The notes under the pieces are model-generated. The model was given only the letters and a program-made list of their open reading frames with translations, had not been told where the DNA came from and searched no databases. Made by a program: the position numbers and the translations under genes. A stretch of 64,000 nucleotides of DNA from the NCBI RefSeq assembly GCF_011386835.1, contig NC_088791.1:211358001-211422000 (forward strand), given 5' to 3'. Positions within the stretch are counted from its first letter, which is position 1; the number at the start of each line of letters is the position of its first letter. The stretch is from Chrysemys picta bellii. Its lineage: Eukaryota. This document shows positions 1 to 12,439 of this stretch, one piece after another.

Positions 1-1510
1 TTAATTTCTAGAATCTCTGAAAAGAATTAAATGAGTTTAAAATGTATAGTCATGAGAACAATATTTATATCCATAAAATGCTGCTTTTTTGTTTGAGCAT
101 TGAACATCAACAGGACCAAAAATTGTGAAGTGAATTTCTACTTTTCTATAGGTAGAACAGGAAGAAACAGTTATATAACATACGGGTCTGACTTTCTATA
201 ACACATTCTTGTGCTTAGAGGTTTGCGTGAGTGGCTAAACTGGTTCATTTTAAAGGATTCTAAAGGACATTGCAATATAGAGATGTTAATAGTCTGATTT
301 TGTTACAGGTGTTCTACACGCTAATATGCATATATCAAAACCCAGACTGTGCTGCTTCATATAAGTAGAACAATATATTTTTTAAGTTACATACAGTGTT
401 TGTTTCTTGGATCTAGTGTTTCAAACTTTCTAAAACAAAATAAGTAGGTTCTGAAAAGGCATCCTGTTGTCTCAGTAGAAATTTGTACATGTATATAAAT
501 ATATATATAAAAATATATATTTGTCTTGTTTTTTCAGTTATTAAAGGGGTTTTATAAACCATGAGCAAGAAACAAGCACAATACATAGAAGATAACAGAC
601 AAAGCAATGAACAGGTAAAAGCCAGGGTAAAGACTTGACTCCTATACCCAAATGTTTAGTAAAGCCCTGTAAAAAATGTATTCCATGAATCCATGTGGGA
701 AAGTATAACGTAGTTCAGTTAATTAGCTTATTAATAACATGAACCATGTAACAGTGCATTATCTATGCCTTCTTGTCATGAGGGGCACAAGGACAGAGTA
801 GTGAACACTAATATCTACAAAAAAGTAACTATATTAATATCTCCACATTAGTTTCTGGAAATGGAGAGGAAGGAAACTTTCTCACTTATTATACTTTTTT
901 CTTTCTATTAATGCTAAGAATCTGAAATGTATTCAAGCAGCTCCTGTCTTACAGTCTGCTTTAGGGAACTGGAATTTACTCACAATACTTATGCCAAAAG
1001 GATAATGAGGAGGTTTGCTGATTTAATGTTAAAGAAAGAGCTGGACATTTTGCCTTTATCTCCAGAAGTATCCTTAGGGGTGGTTTGACTCATCTAATCA
1101 TCCATGACTTTTATAGGGTATGCACAATTTGGGTCATATGATTTTAAAACCATCACTATTATAGCAATTCTTGAATGCTTTACTATTTCTAGAGCACAGT
1201 TATATTTGTTCTGGTTCATCTGATCAAAAATAATTACTAACTCTGAAGTAGGAGTAATTAATTTGAGCATAGTCTATAGCATTACACTACAGTGTTGGTA
1301 ATCTGATAGGAAATGTTCTAAAATATACATAACATTTTGGAAAGATTGTTTTCACTTCACTGCCAGAAAAGCTTTTGTAAAAATTGCAGTGCTTTAGCAG
1401 GTCCCACTTCCTCTTACTCATTCATCATTTTCACACATATTAAGGATGAGGGATGGCAATAACCTTCCAACTTGGAAATTTATCTTTTGGCTGTTTTTTT
1501 TTTTTTTTAA

Positions 1511-2090
1511 ACAGATTACAAGGCCAAAAGAGACCATTGTGATCATCTAGGCCAAGCTCCTGCACAACACAAGCCAGAGGACTGCCCTAAATTAATTCCT
1601 GTTTGATCTAGAACACTCTTTTTAAAAAAATCCACTCTGGATTTTAATATTTCCAGTGATGGAGAATCCACCACCCTTGGTAAATTGTGCCAGTGTTTAA
1701 TAACACTCACTGGTAAAAAAATTGCACCTTATTTCTAGATAAATATGTCTGGCTTCAACTTCTAGCCATTGGATTTTATTATACCTTTGTCTATTAGACT
1801 GAAGAGCTCTCTATAATCACATTTCTATTCCTCAGGTAGGTACTTAAGGACTGTGATCAAGTTACAGGTTAACCTTCTCTTTGTTAAGATAAATAGGTAG
1901 ACTGAAGGAGATCAAAGTCACTATAAAGGCAGGTTTTCCAATCCTTATGGCTATTATCTGAACCCTCTCAAATTTTTCAACCTCCTTGAATTGTGGACAC
2001 CAGAACTAGACACAGTATTCCAGCAGCTGTCTTACCAGTGCCAAATACAGAAGTAATATGACCTCCCTACTTCTACTTCATATTCCCCTG
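1511..2090 (-). mobile_element. CR1 LINE 3' fragment (left part of an interrupted copy)
   Basis: Reverse-orientation CR1 3' UTR/ORF2-end signature (aaggccaaaagagaccattgtgatcatctag... gatggagaatccacc... ccattggat...). It resumes at 3815 after two nested insertions. Confidence 0.85.
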
Positions 2091-2094
2091 TGTA

Positions 2095-3122
2095 CTTATT
2101 GGGTTCTGGGAAGTGGGCGGGCAAAGCCCCCCCCCCCACTGCTAAAGGATCCCGCCCCCCCCCCCAGAGTAAGGGGAAGATCTACAGGACCCGAAAACCA
2201 ACTGATTACGGGGGACAACTAATGTAATAACAGGAACAGGAGTGAGGTCACAGGACTAAATGAAGGGAACCTGACGGGGACACCGAGCAGAGAACCCTGG
2301 ACAGCGCCCACTGCTCCTCAAAGGTGTCAAGGGAGCCAGTGGACGCCGCCCAGAGGAACTCTGCCCAGATACGTGAACGGACAGAGGATCGGAAACAGGC
2401 CCCACAGTCACAGGAACCTCCATCGGCCAACCTCCTCTCCCTGGTTTTATAGATGGCCTGTTTAGCCAGGGCCAAGAGGAAGTTGACCAGGAGGTCCCGT
2501 GACTTTGTGGGGCCACGGATAGGGAGTGCATAAATAAGAAAGTGAGGGGAAAAATGCAACCAAAACCTTAACATAATATTGGTGAGCAGCCGGTATAGGG
2601 GCTGCAACCTGGTGCACTCTAAGTAAATGTGAGCCAGGGTCTCCCTCACGCCGCAGAAAGGACATGTGTCTGGGACGGGGTCAACCGTGCCAAGTACACG
2701 CCCGTGCTCACGGACCCATGAAGGAGCCGCCAGCTGATATCCCCGGCGGGCCTCGGGACCAGGGTGGAGTATAGGCTGGCCCACCGGGGCTTCTCACCCT
2801 CAACAGGTGGTAGGAGATCCCGACATTTTGTAGCGGGGTGGGACATGAGGATGAGGAAGTGAAGGGTGTGGAGCCCGAGCATGTATAGATGTTTCCTTGG
2901 CGTGGTCTGGAAACGAACCGGCTGCAACTCATGCAGCTGGCTCACGGAAAAGGGGCAGGGGGGCCGGTTGGGTCCACGGGGCAGGGGCCCGATTAAAAGG
3001 TCCAGAGGGCCAGGGGTGGAGGGTGGGCGGGGCGTGCCCTGGTGCAGGACCAGGTCGAGGTAGGCCCGAGCAGCTGGCGGCAAAGCGGCCCTCACCTCCT
3101 GAAGTACGCGCCGGGGAGTACA
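2095..3122 (-). mobile_element. 5'-truncated Tx1-like (L1 clade) non-LTR retrotransposon, ORF2 C-terminus, frameshifted
   Basis: ORFs 2646-3095 and 2248-2784 give W..LY..L.P....DISWRLLHG.VSTG followed by the CPFCG..ETLAH.YLEC (CCHC, zf-RVT-type) motif. Flanked by a 15-bp TSD ATATTCCCCTGTGTA (2080-2094 / 3123-3137). Confidence 0.9.
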
Positions 3123-3133
3123 ATATTCCCCTG

Positions 3134-3814
3134 TGTAGCAGGGTGGTTACCCGCCCCTGCCCTGAGGGGTTTAAAACAGCCGAGGAGGAGGGCTGTGGAA
3201 GGGCAAGATGCCTGGGCTGATTGGGAGGAAGCAGGCTCAGCTTGGGCCACACCCCAATCAGGGCCCAGCTGGCCCTATAAAGGCTTGAGCCAGGAGCTCA
3301 AGCAGACACTTTCACTCTGCATTCAGAGAGAAAAGGGGCTGGCTGCAGGGAGCTAGAGACTGAGTACCTAAGTGGAGCAGGGCTGGGCAAAGACTGAGGA
3401 GCTGGGAAGCCCCAGGCTGCAGCCTAGCAGAAGGCCAAGGGGTACTGGGGGTTGCAGAGGGCATCCCAGGGGTAGGCCAAGGCAGCAGGTCCAAACCCAA
3501 CCTTGCCAGTGATGAGTAGTCTGATATGGCAGTCTGCCCCAGGGCGTGGGGCTAGACGATGACTGGCAGTAGCCTTGTACTGAGGTGAGGTGGAAATAAT
3601 GGGTGAGGGTTCCCAGGGAAGGGGAGACCCTAAGACTGAGGGGTTACTGCCAGGGGGCAGCACCCCAGCCAAAAGGGCACCGGGGTCCAGGGAGGGACAT
3701 GGGGGCCAAAGGACAGGCGTATCCCCGACCTGCAGAGGGTGCTCCAGGGTCAATGAGCTAATTCCCAGAAGAGACCAGCAGGAGGCGCCACAGGGGTGAG
3801 TCCGCTCCTCTACA
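3134..3814 (+). mobile_element. Solo LTR (Gypsy-like), 681 bp
   Basis: TGTAG...CTACA inverted termini, 5-bp TSD CCCTG (3129-3133 / 3815-3819), TATA-like CCCTATAAAG near 3274. The 3' region resembles that of the LTR at 50894. Strand is inferred from the TATA-like site. Confidence 0.85.
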
Positions 3815-4372
3815 CCCTGTTTTATACATCCAAGGATTGCAATAAGCCATCTGGTCACAGCATCACACTGGGAGTTCATGTTCAGCTGATTATTAACAAT
3901 GACCCCATGTCTTCTTCAGTCACAGCTTCTCAGGATAGAGTACCATATCCTGTAATTATGGCCTACATTCTTTATTCCTATAAGTCTGACTTTAAATTTG
4001 GCTATATTGAAATATATATTATTTGCTTGCGCTCAGTTTACCAAGCAATCCAGATAGCTCTGTATCAGTGATCTGACCTCTTCATTATTTGCCATTCCCC
4101 CAATCTTTTGTGTCTTCTGCAAATTTTATCAGTAATTATTTTGTGTGTTCTTCCAGGTCATTGATAAAAATGTTAAATCCCAAAGGGCTAAGTCCCAATC
4201 ACTGTGGGATCCTAGTAGATACATACCTGCTCGATGGGATCTACTAGAGATCTAACAGTTAGCCAGGTTTTCAAACCATTTAAGCGTGTCATATTGATTT
4301 TGTATCATTTCTAGTTTTTTAATCAAAATATTATACAGTACTAATGCCTTGCAGAAGTCTATTACCTCAATA
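3815..4372 (-). mobile_element. CR1 LINE fragment (continuation of 1511-2090)
   Basis: ccctgtttt-atacatccaaggattgc...ctgggagttcatgttcagctgattatt... continues the CR1 ORF2 antisense sequence exactly where the left part stopped. Confidence 0.85.
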
Positions 4373-4708
4373 TAGTATATAATAGAATAAAAAAGTATTA
4401 CAACTAAAAAACTACAAAATGAAAAATCAAAGAGCTTTGTTCAGAAAATTTGTAAGTGGGGTATTTTGATTTTGATAAAAAATGTTCTTTATGTTGTATC
4501 CCCCACAACCTCTCAAATCAAATTCTGGTGAATGAGGCTTACTCTTAACAAACAAACATATTAAACAGGCCTGTGCTGGAAAGGATTTAACTCTGTTCCT
4601 GAGAAATGCATTACAAATCTGTAGTTTTCTGCTGGTTATCTTTGCTTTATGGTAAGGTTTGGATAATGGATTTGTCTTTATTATATAATTTGCATTTTTA
4701 GTAACACA

Positions 4709-4822
4709 GTAAGCTCTTGTCAGGGATGGTTTAGGTATACACAATCGTGATTCAGCACAGGGGGTAGACTAGATAACAACTTCTTGAGGTCCTTTCCAGC
4801 CCAACACTTCTGTAACTCTGTG
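4709..4822 (+). mobile_element. CR1 3' tail
   Basis: gggatggtttaggt...ggggtagactagat...gaggtcctttccagcccaacacttctgtaactctgtg matches the CR1 3' terminus pattern. Confidence 0.7.
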
Positions 4823-4829
4823 TGACCAA

Positions 4830-5250
4830 TTCGGCTGCATATAGCTCATTTCAAGACCAGGGACCAAGCATTAAAAGCATCACCTTTGTTCGGTTTGTCC
4901 TCATCTGTCCCTCCACAAACAAGTTGATGCCAAACCATTCTATTTTGTTGTGAGCTCGTTCTTTCCATTTCTGGCCAAAGAGTTTTGTCATGGGATCGGC
5001 CCAGCATGTTTTCAGTCTGCCCACTGGTCGCTTGTGGTCTCTGGGGATCGAGTCACTGATGCAGGTTGTCCACCAATTGTCTTGCCTGAGGACTACATGA
5101 CCTGCACATCTTTGCGTCATACATTGTCTGTCCTATGTTGATCACCTCTATACACCTTATGATCTCCTCATTTGGTATATAATCATGGAGAGATATCTTA
5201 CACATTCGCCTTCCCATTGCTCTCTGAGTGACAGCGAATACAATTAAAAG
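4830..5250 (-). mobile_element. RTE-clade LINE, degenerate ORF C-terminus
   Basis: Translations VTQRAMGRRMCKISLHDYIPNEEI... and AGHVVLRQDNWWT...PRDHKRPVGRLKTCWAD...W..RA.NKIEW match the RTE post-RT motif (QRAMER...WAGHV.R..D.RW...KRP.GRP..RW.D). Confidence 0.8.
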
Positions 5251-5302
5251 CATATCAAGCCTAAAATAGGCATTTTTCTAGTTTACTTTTTTCTATCTAT
5301 AT

Positions 5303-5992
5303 TAGGGGTAGGCAAACTATGGCCCACGGGCTGGATCCGGCCTGCAAGCCATTTTAAACCGGCCCGTGAGCTGCACCACATGACTTGGCCCCACTTTGAC
5401 ACTCCAGCCAGGGTGCAGGCTCAGGGGCCGCACCACGTGGCTCCCAGAAGCCGTGGCATGGCCCAGCTCTGGCTCCTAAGTACTCCAATGGGAGCTGCAG
5501 GGGAAGTGCCTGTGGATGGGGCAGCATGCAGAGCTGCCTGGCTGTGCCTCCGCTCCGCATAGGAGCTGGAGAAGGAACATGCCACTGCTTCTGGAAGCTG
5601 CTTGAGGTAGGTGCCACTCGGAGCCTGCACTCCCTGAGCCTCTCTGCATGCCCCAACCCCCTGCCCCAGCCCCGATTCCCCCTCCTGCTCTCCAAACCCC
5701 TCTATCCCAGCCCGGAGCACCCTCCTGCACCCCAAACACCTCATCTCCCAGGCCCACCCCAGAGCCTGCACCCCCAGCTGGAACCTGCGCCCCAGGCCTG
5801 ATCCCTCTTCCACCCTATGAGCCCCTCAGTCTCAGCCCAGAACACTCTTCTGCACCCCAAAATCCTCATCCCCATCCCCAGAGCCCACACACCCTCCTGT
5901 ACCCCAACCTCAATTTTGTGAGCATTCATGGCCTGCCATACAATTTCTATTCCCCAATGTGGCCCTCAGGCCAAAAGGCTTGCCCACTCCTG
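5303..5992. mobile_element. hAT (Charlie-like) non-autonomous MITE
   Basis: Imperfect TIRs (T)AGGGGTAGGCAAACT / AGGCTTGCCCACTCCTG, 8-bp TSD ATCTATAT (5295-5302) / ATCTATAC (5993-6000), C-rich internal repeats. Confidence 0.85.
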
Positions 5993-6305
5993 ATCTATAC
6001 AATGCCCCTAGGTGTTTTGTCACCACTGGAGATTGAACTCTGGATGCAAAAGTATGAATGTGCTCAACTGCTAAAGTTAATAGACTGAGCTGTGTAGTAA
6101 ATTCATGAAGATCCATGGAGTCCATACATTAGAGCTAGGGAGCCACATTGTGAATTACATATAAATCAAGATACGCTTGCTTTCTCTCTCTCTCGGTCTC
6201 TCTCAAAATAATATAATTTACATAAGTCACATAATTTTGAAGTGGGGTTTTGGGGAGGGAGGGAGGGATGAAGATCTTGTATAGGTATTAGGACGTATTA
6301 TCCCC

Positions 6306-7200
6306 TGTGATGGGGTATAAACATCATCATGGTTCTGAAAGGGTTAATATGGGCATGGGAGGCCAATTATGCCACCCGACTGCACCTGGTGTGTGGTCAT
6401 GCTTAGCTGAAAACAAAACCTAAGAAGGGAAGGAACTGAGTGATGACTATAATGGAGTGAAGTACAGATTAGAAGCAGGCTCCAGGAAGAAACTCTGTTG
6501 TCACTTTCTGGGACTAAAGAGTGGAGAGACGAGGCAGATCAAGGAGGAGAGTTGGCCCTGGATCTTCTCCCAAGCAGTGAAGACTGGCAGGAGAGACATG
6601 AAGCGGCCACCATGGCAGAGCAAGCTCCAGTGCTGAGACCTGATAATAAGATTTGTACTTCCAGGGAGAGTGCCTGAGGAGATGTTCAGTTAAGGAACTG
6701 AGATGAATTAAAGGTCAAGCCTAAGAACATCAGAAGTAAAATTGAACATATGCATTTTTGAGTTTGATATCTTGTCCAGTCTAGAGCCTTGAATCCTGGC
6801 CCTCAGAGAAGTGTGAGCATAGAGAGGAGGTGTGAGAGGCCTGGTGAATGGCTATGGCAGGACATCTAGAGAGGCAGCAGCAAGGTGTCTGAAGGAGCAC
6901 ATACTGGCTGTTGGTTATAGGGATCCTGGACTGGAACCCAACAAGTTGGAGGAGCAGTAGAGAAGTTTGTTTGAGGCCTTGAGAAGGGGATAAGGATGAC
7001 AGAGCCCTGAGAGAAGTTTCTATGGACTACTTAGCCCAGAATTGAAGGTGGCAGACTGGATGGAGATATCAGACATTTGTTTCTTTTGGATTTTCTGTTG
7101 TCCGGGAAGGGATGGGACTAAATGTGACCAGGCTGCAGGGCAAACTTGTGAGACAAAAGACCACTGGAGAAAAGGCTCGCTCCTCTAACCAATCATGACA
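6306..7200 (+). mobile_element. Solo LTR-like element (Gypsy-like)
   Basis: Starts TGTGATGGGG...aaagggttaa, ends ...catgaCA, purine-rich interior like the other LTRs here. No TSD found. Confidence 0.5.
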
Positions 7201-7579
7201 CTATAGTTACACTCAATTTTTAACACAGTAGCTTGATCCAAACTAGTGCAGGTATATCTCCTCAAGCTGGGATTCACAGCCCCTGCTGGAAGTGTAGAAA
7301 TACCCTTTATAAACTAATTAAGGATCATTAGGAGATTTCAGAGAAACTAAATGGCTCTTTTTCCTCCTCATTTTTCATCACAATGCTATTTGGAAGACAA
7401 CTACCTAATCCCCAATTTGGTGGTAATGATGAGGCAGTCAGTGGCTGATATGTCAAGAGAAGATGTGCAGAATCAAACTGATAAACTGTAGTGTCTGATT
7501 TTGGTGATTTGTTATTGTCATCCAATAGTTCTGAAGGAATATAACAATGATATAGATGAGCTGGCAAAAAATTTACCAT

Positions 7580-8235
7580 AATGCAAAATTAGCTACTATG
7601 GGGGAGATGGCAAATGTACCAATCATTTAAAAAAAGGGGGGGGGCATTGGGTTGATCCAGGGATTTAGAGACCTTATTTTAGTACCAGATAATGAAAAAA
7701 ATAACTAAGGATAAATCAAAGGAAACTCTGCTCCTCCCATCCACTAGAATGCTATGATTATGACAAAAGCTAATGAATCAAAAGGGACTGGAAAATTTAA
7801 TTTATTTGGACTTTCATAAAGCCCTTAACAAAGCTCCTAATGAGGTTATTAAGGAAACTAAGCAAGTGCAGGGGAGAAGTAAAGTACTGTCATGGATTTA
7901 AACCTGGATAACAGACAGAAAAAAAGAGTAGATAAATGATCCATTTTCAACTTGGCAAAATGTCAAGAGTCAAGTGGCAACATTTTCAGAGGATACAAAA
8001 TTATTTAGGTTACTTAAGATACAGAAGACTGTGAGAAACCCAAAAGTACAAGGTAACGTATATTTGAAATATTGAAACAAAAATACCTGGGTTCTAAACT
8101 AATTTTAATTCCTCAAGGGAAAAACATAGGTGTCAATATGAACAGAGCTATGAAAACGTGCTCAGGGCACCTTATTTTGAACTATATAGTAGTGACCTGA
8201 GTTTGCAACAGGATGCTAGATTAGGTGGCCCATTG
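7580..8235 (+). mobile_element. Highly degenerate CR1 ORF2 (RT) fragments with internal deletions
   Basis: Remnants of ANV.PIFKKG..DPG, IYLDF.KA..K, W...RK..V.IND.FS.W and VA.F..DTKLFR motifs, plus a CR1 tail remnant near 8190-8235. Confidence 0.7.
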
Positions 8236-10666
8236 GTATGACATTTTCTATGGGCTAAAAGACTTTTTGATATAACTCCAGTGACACCTGTGGAGTTATG
8301 CCCAAAGAGGACACAGCATGATAGTCCTGTGTACTACTATAGCACTTCAGATTTAAAAATCTCAAAGAAAGAAAGAGATCATTGGTCAAAAATATTTTAC
8401 CTCCAAGAGTAATTTGCAGTAGCACAAGGGCTTAGTTACTACCACACACCTATTTGTGGATATCTCAACACTATATTTCTGGATGATCTTCCTTCCCCTT
8501 CGTCTCGTCCCCCCCTCCCTGTCCCCCAGGACTTTTTGCCACATACTTTTGTGTCTTTATGAAATGGATGCAGACTGGTGTGAATACAGAGTCAAAGTAA
8601 ACACACACATATGCACAAACAAACACACACACCTGTCTTTTCTGAGCTAGTAAAAAATTGTGTGAAAATGTACCATATGGCTGATGGAAAAAAACAATAT
8701 TTGTGTGCTTAATTTAGCATGTGTTTGGACAGTTAATTGTTTGGGCATGAAAATGTGCATGTTCAAAGAAGTGAAACTGACTCATGCAAACTTTTTATTC
8801 TAATTATAATGATTATTCTTTGTTTCTAAGCACTCAAACCTAGTTTGCACAGGCAAATAAAATCACTGAATCTGATTCCATAATAAAATACCAAATCAGA
8901 CATTGACACATTTCATTACTATTTGAAGATAAAGAATTCTTGCTAGATACCAGCGTAACATACTGTAGCCCACTTCCTCAATGTACGTGGGCAGACTGAC
9001 ACAAGCTGCTAACTCCTTGTGTCTAAATCTGTGACAATTTGTGAATGAATCATACTATACTCCTTAGAACCTGACAAAAGCAACACTCATTCTGCATCTG
9101 CTATGGAATATAATTTGCATATTGAGGAAGTGGAATGTTTGGTTATTCCTGAAGTTCAATTCACATAATCTCAATCATGAGCTACCCTCTGCACTCACAA
9201 AAAGAAGCAAAGAGAGTATAAAAAGTGCCTCTAATCCCCAGCCAGGGATACTCACATCCTAAATCACAGCACAGGGAAAAAGCAACTGTCATGGGGCTGC
9301 TACTCCCCTTGCTGCACAGGTGGGCAGAGAGTAGGTGGGAAGGGGGAAGAGGTGGAGAGGAAGAAAGAGGGTCCAAATTGTGACTGAGGCATAATTAAGT
9401 CCCTGCTCTGCAACTTAATTCTGCCCTTTACCCGAGGGCAGATTGCAAGGTGCCAATCGAATCCTTTGTTGCGGAGTGCAAAGATCCATGTGTATTCAAT
9501 GTCACTGAAATTTCATGATTATAACAGAATCAATACTTTATCAACTATTGATGAAATCTTAAAGTGCTATACTGCTTGAGTTTGGTGAACATGCATTCTT
9601 CTTCCTGATATGGAACCCACAGGAACCATGGGCAGATGAAGAGTGTATTTCTCCCTTAAGCTACTGTCATTTCATATGTATCTTCTTGACTAAAATGATA
9701 TCAAGAGCAGTATTTGTTGGCATTACACTCATGTGCTAGTAACATTATTCTGGGATTGATATGAAGGCATCATGACTCCCAACACCTGGCCAAAAGATTG
9801 AAAAGGCTTGAGTAAGCTTTAATGGTTAAAAAATCAGAACTAAGTATTATTGCAGCTATTCCCTTTCAGTCATGAGAAAAGCTAAAGTAATCCTTGAACT
9901 TTTTAGTGAAACATATTTTGAAAAATGAGACTAACTATGCATGCACTCTCTATCTGTGGCTTGAAAGAATTCAGTCATTCCTTCTGCTGCTTTAACTAGT
10001 GAATGTAGGAGATGCGTAACATTATCCAGAATGTTGACTGCAAAATTCTGCCCTGTCTTTTTCAAGTGCACTGCAGGGGAAACTTCATCCTGCCCTTCCC
10101 CTCTCCCTTCAGTTTGCACACTTATACAAGAAATGGGCAGAATAGATGCCTAGCAATCCACTGAGTGATTGGCAGAGTTCCAGGCTATTGCATTCAGCAT
10201 GGTTCCTCATATTTATACTTTAAATGGCTTGAGTGATACATCTGGGTCAAGCTAAATTGTGCATTAGGAATGTCACTTTAAAATTGTCAGGTAGAAAGAT
10301 GCATCTTCTGCTCTTGCTCTTCCCTCCAGAAATTCTCTTCACCTGCCTTCCTCTCTCTCATGACAATATAAAGAAAATAAGATGTTCCAGGTTTTGACTG
10401 CAGATTCTCTTCAGCCTATGCCAGCCTCACTCTTTGATCTTCAGTACAAAAACTTAATTAATTTCTGATGTCTTCATTGATTCAAGTAAAACACCAAGTT
10501 AATAATTAATTCTCAGTGCCACTCTTCACCAGTTCAGGGTTGGTGGTTTCTAATGGGTAACTATTAACTTCTTGAAGACAGTGGGGATTGGCTCTTAAAG
10601 CACTTTGCTCCAAGAGGTACAAATGATATTGCAAAGCATCTCAGGTATAATAATGTATTTCCTTCT

Positions 10667-11100
10667 TGTGATGGGATGTACCAGACCTTCATGGCCCCAT
10701 GCTGTAGGCTCTGCTGCACCACACCCCGGAAACTGTTCTCTGAGAGGAAAAGAGTTGCCAATTCGGGATCCAGTGAGATCAAGGCTCAGGAGGCCTAAAT
10801 AAAAGGAGCTGCCTTCAGCAAGTCAATTCCTGACTGGAGCCAGAAGAGTGTACAAGGATGTTCCCTAGGCTACATCCAGAAGAACCAGGTCAGGCCAGGG
10901 CCCACTGGCCACTATCAGTGGCAGGAGTCCAGAAGGAACCCTGCTGATTCAATTTTAAAGAGGAAATTGTAAAAGCATAAGAAACTACTTTTATTTATAA
11001 TGGGCTCTGAAGGGCAAGGACTGAGTGACCCAGCCAGAAGGCTGACCCTCAGAAGTAGGCTGACTGCTGCGGGGAGTGCTAGGAGACAAAGAGAATGACA
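10667..11100 (+). mobile_element. Solo LTR-like element
   Basis: TGTGATGGG start similar to 6306, TAAATAAAAGG near 10797, ends ...atgaCA. No TSD found. Confidence 0.45.
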
Positions 11101-11134
11101 TCACTGCTTCTGGACAGCAAGGGGGTGCTTAAAA

Positions 11135-11313
11135 AGCATTGGCCTGCTAAACCCAGGGTTGTGAGTTCAATCCTTGAGGGGGCCACTTATGGATCTGGGG
11201 CAAAAATCAGTACTTGGTCCTGCTAGTGAAGGCAGGGGGCTGGACTCAATGACCTTTCAAGGTCCCTTCCAGTTCTAGGAGATGGGATATCTCCATTAAT
11301 TTAAATTTAAAAA
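11135..11313 (+). mobile_element. Tortoise PolIII-type SINE (tRNA-Lys-derived head + CR1-like 3' tail), 5'-truncated
   Basis: agcattggcctgctaaacccagggttgtgagttcaatcc (tRNA arm plus B-box GTTCAATCC), then ggggctggactcaatgacctttcaaggtcccttccagttcta (CR1-like tail) and an AT-rich end. Confidence 0.85.
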
Positions 11314-11842
11314 GGTAAGTGCAACCCACAACACTTTTCTGTTCTTATTTGGAATTTCCATAATCCCATGTTTGTGTCCATCCATTTATTTTGAGATTTC
11401 TCCTTAAATTTTGTGCCATCAAATGTTCTAGCTGCATGGAGGCTAGGCAAAACTATGCTTTCAAGTGTACAATTTTATTATATTAGATTCTATATTGTTT
11501 TTGTAAGCATAGTTACTGTTCACTGGACACGGAGGTTACTAAATACTTAATTTAGAGAACTAAAACTTTTGAATATTTAAAATAGTGTTTACTGATTTTA
11601 AAACTATTTTGTGAAATAAAAAGAAGCCAGAGTTCAACTGGCTGTGATTTGTGGGGTCAAATTATTCTATATTACTGAGTATTAAGATAAATCTCAGTAT
11701 TTCAAATTTCATCAAAATATTCAGCAAAAATGTTCAATAGGGGAAATCAGTTTGGTTTGTGGATGTTTTTCTGACCAAAATGGAGGATATGGTTATAATT
11801 AGTTTTATTCATAATATATAGTTCAATCTGCTATTGGTGGCA

Positions 11843-11970
11843 ACATAAGAAGAAACATAGTGTGTCAGACTGAAGGTCCATCTAACCCATTATCCTGTCT
11901 TCTGACAGTGGCCAACGCCAGATGATTCAGAACAGGTAATCATCAAGTGATCCATCCCCCATTCCCACCT
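11843..11970 (-). mobile_element. CR1 3' end fragment
   Basis: cataaga...tcagactgaaggtccatctaacccattatcctgtcttctgacagtggccaa...; similar to the CR1 end at 39066. Confidence 0.75.
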
Positions 11971-12174
11971 AGGGAACCACCTGTCACTGCTCCCCCAGCT
12001 GGATACTCACCAGATTTCTGTATTTGAATCCCAACATTTGACCTATGTGCTTTCAAATTTCCTTTGCTTTGAGTAGGGATCCAGCACTATCTCTTCCTTT
12101 GGTCTCTCTCAGTCACTGGAAGGATGAGGGCATCAGACTCCTGAACAACAATTGAAATAAGGCAGTGGAAAAGT

Positions 12175-12423
12175 GCAGCTGAATGTTGAAATGATTCTAT
12201 ACTAATTATTTTTGGTTATTTGAACAGAGTGTTGTGATTTCAGGAATGTTGAATATTTCATTTGTATTAAAAATGTAGAAATGAAATGTTTCAACACTTC
12301 TAGATCTTTTAATTTTTTTAAATATGTATTTCATAGAAAATTATGACTTTTCATCCTGTTTTAGAATGGAAAAAGAGTTGGAATTTCCCACTGGATGGAT
12401 AGTGTGAATTTTGTTCAGCTCTA
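12175..12423. mobile_element. Degenerate AT-rich MITE (AGAGCTG-terminus family)
   Basis: Termini CAGCTGAA... / ...TTCAGCTCTA resemble those of the elements at 13041 and 46952. Confidence 0.4.
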
Positions 12424-12439
12424 ACTTAGATCGATGGAG

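Noticed and set aside
2866-3879. Plus-strand ORFs over Tx1 and ORFs over the LTR
   Set aside because: Antisense or alternative-frame shadows of the Tx1 ORF2 and GC-rich LTR sequence.
5354-6088. Overlapping Pro-rich ORFs
   Set aside because: Low-complexity interior of the hAT MITE 5303-5992.
11135-11175. Functional tRNA gene (also considered at 52375-52497 and 35345-35405)
   Set aside because: Truncated or degenerate heads without a complete cloverleaf, and the 11135 copy is fused to a CR1-like tail. They are SINE-derived.
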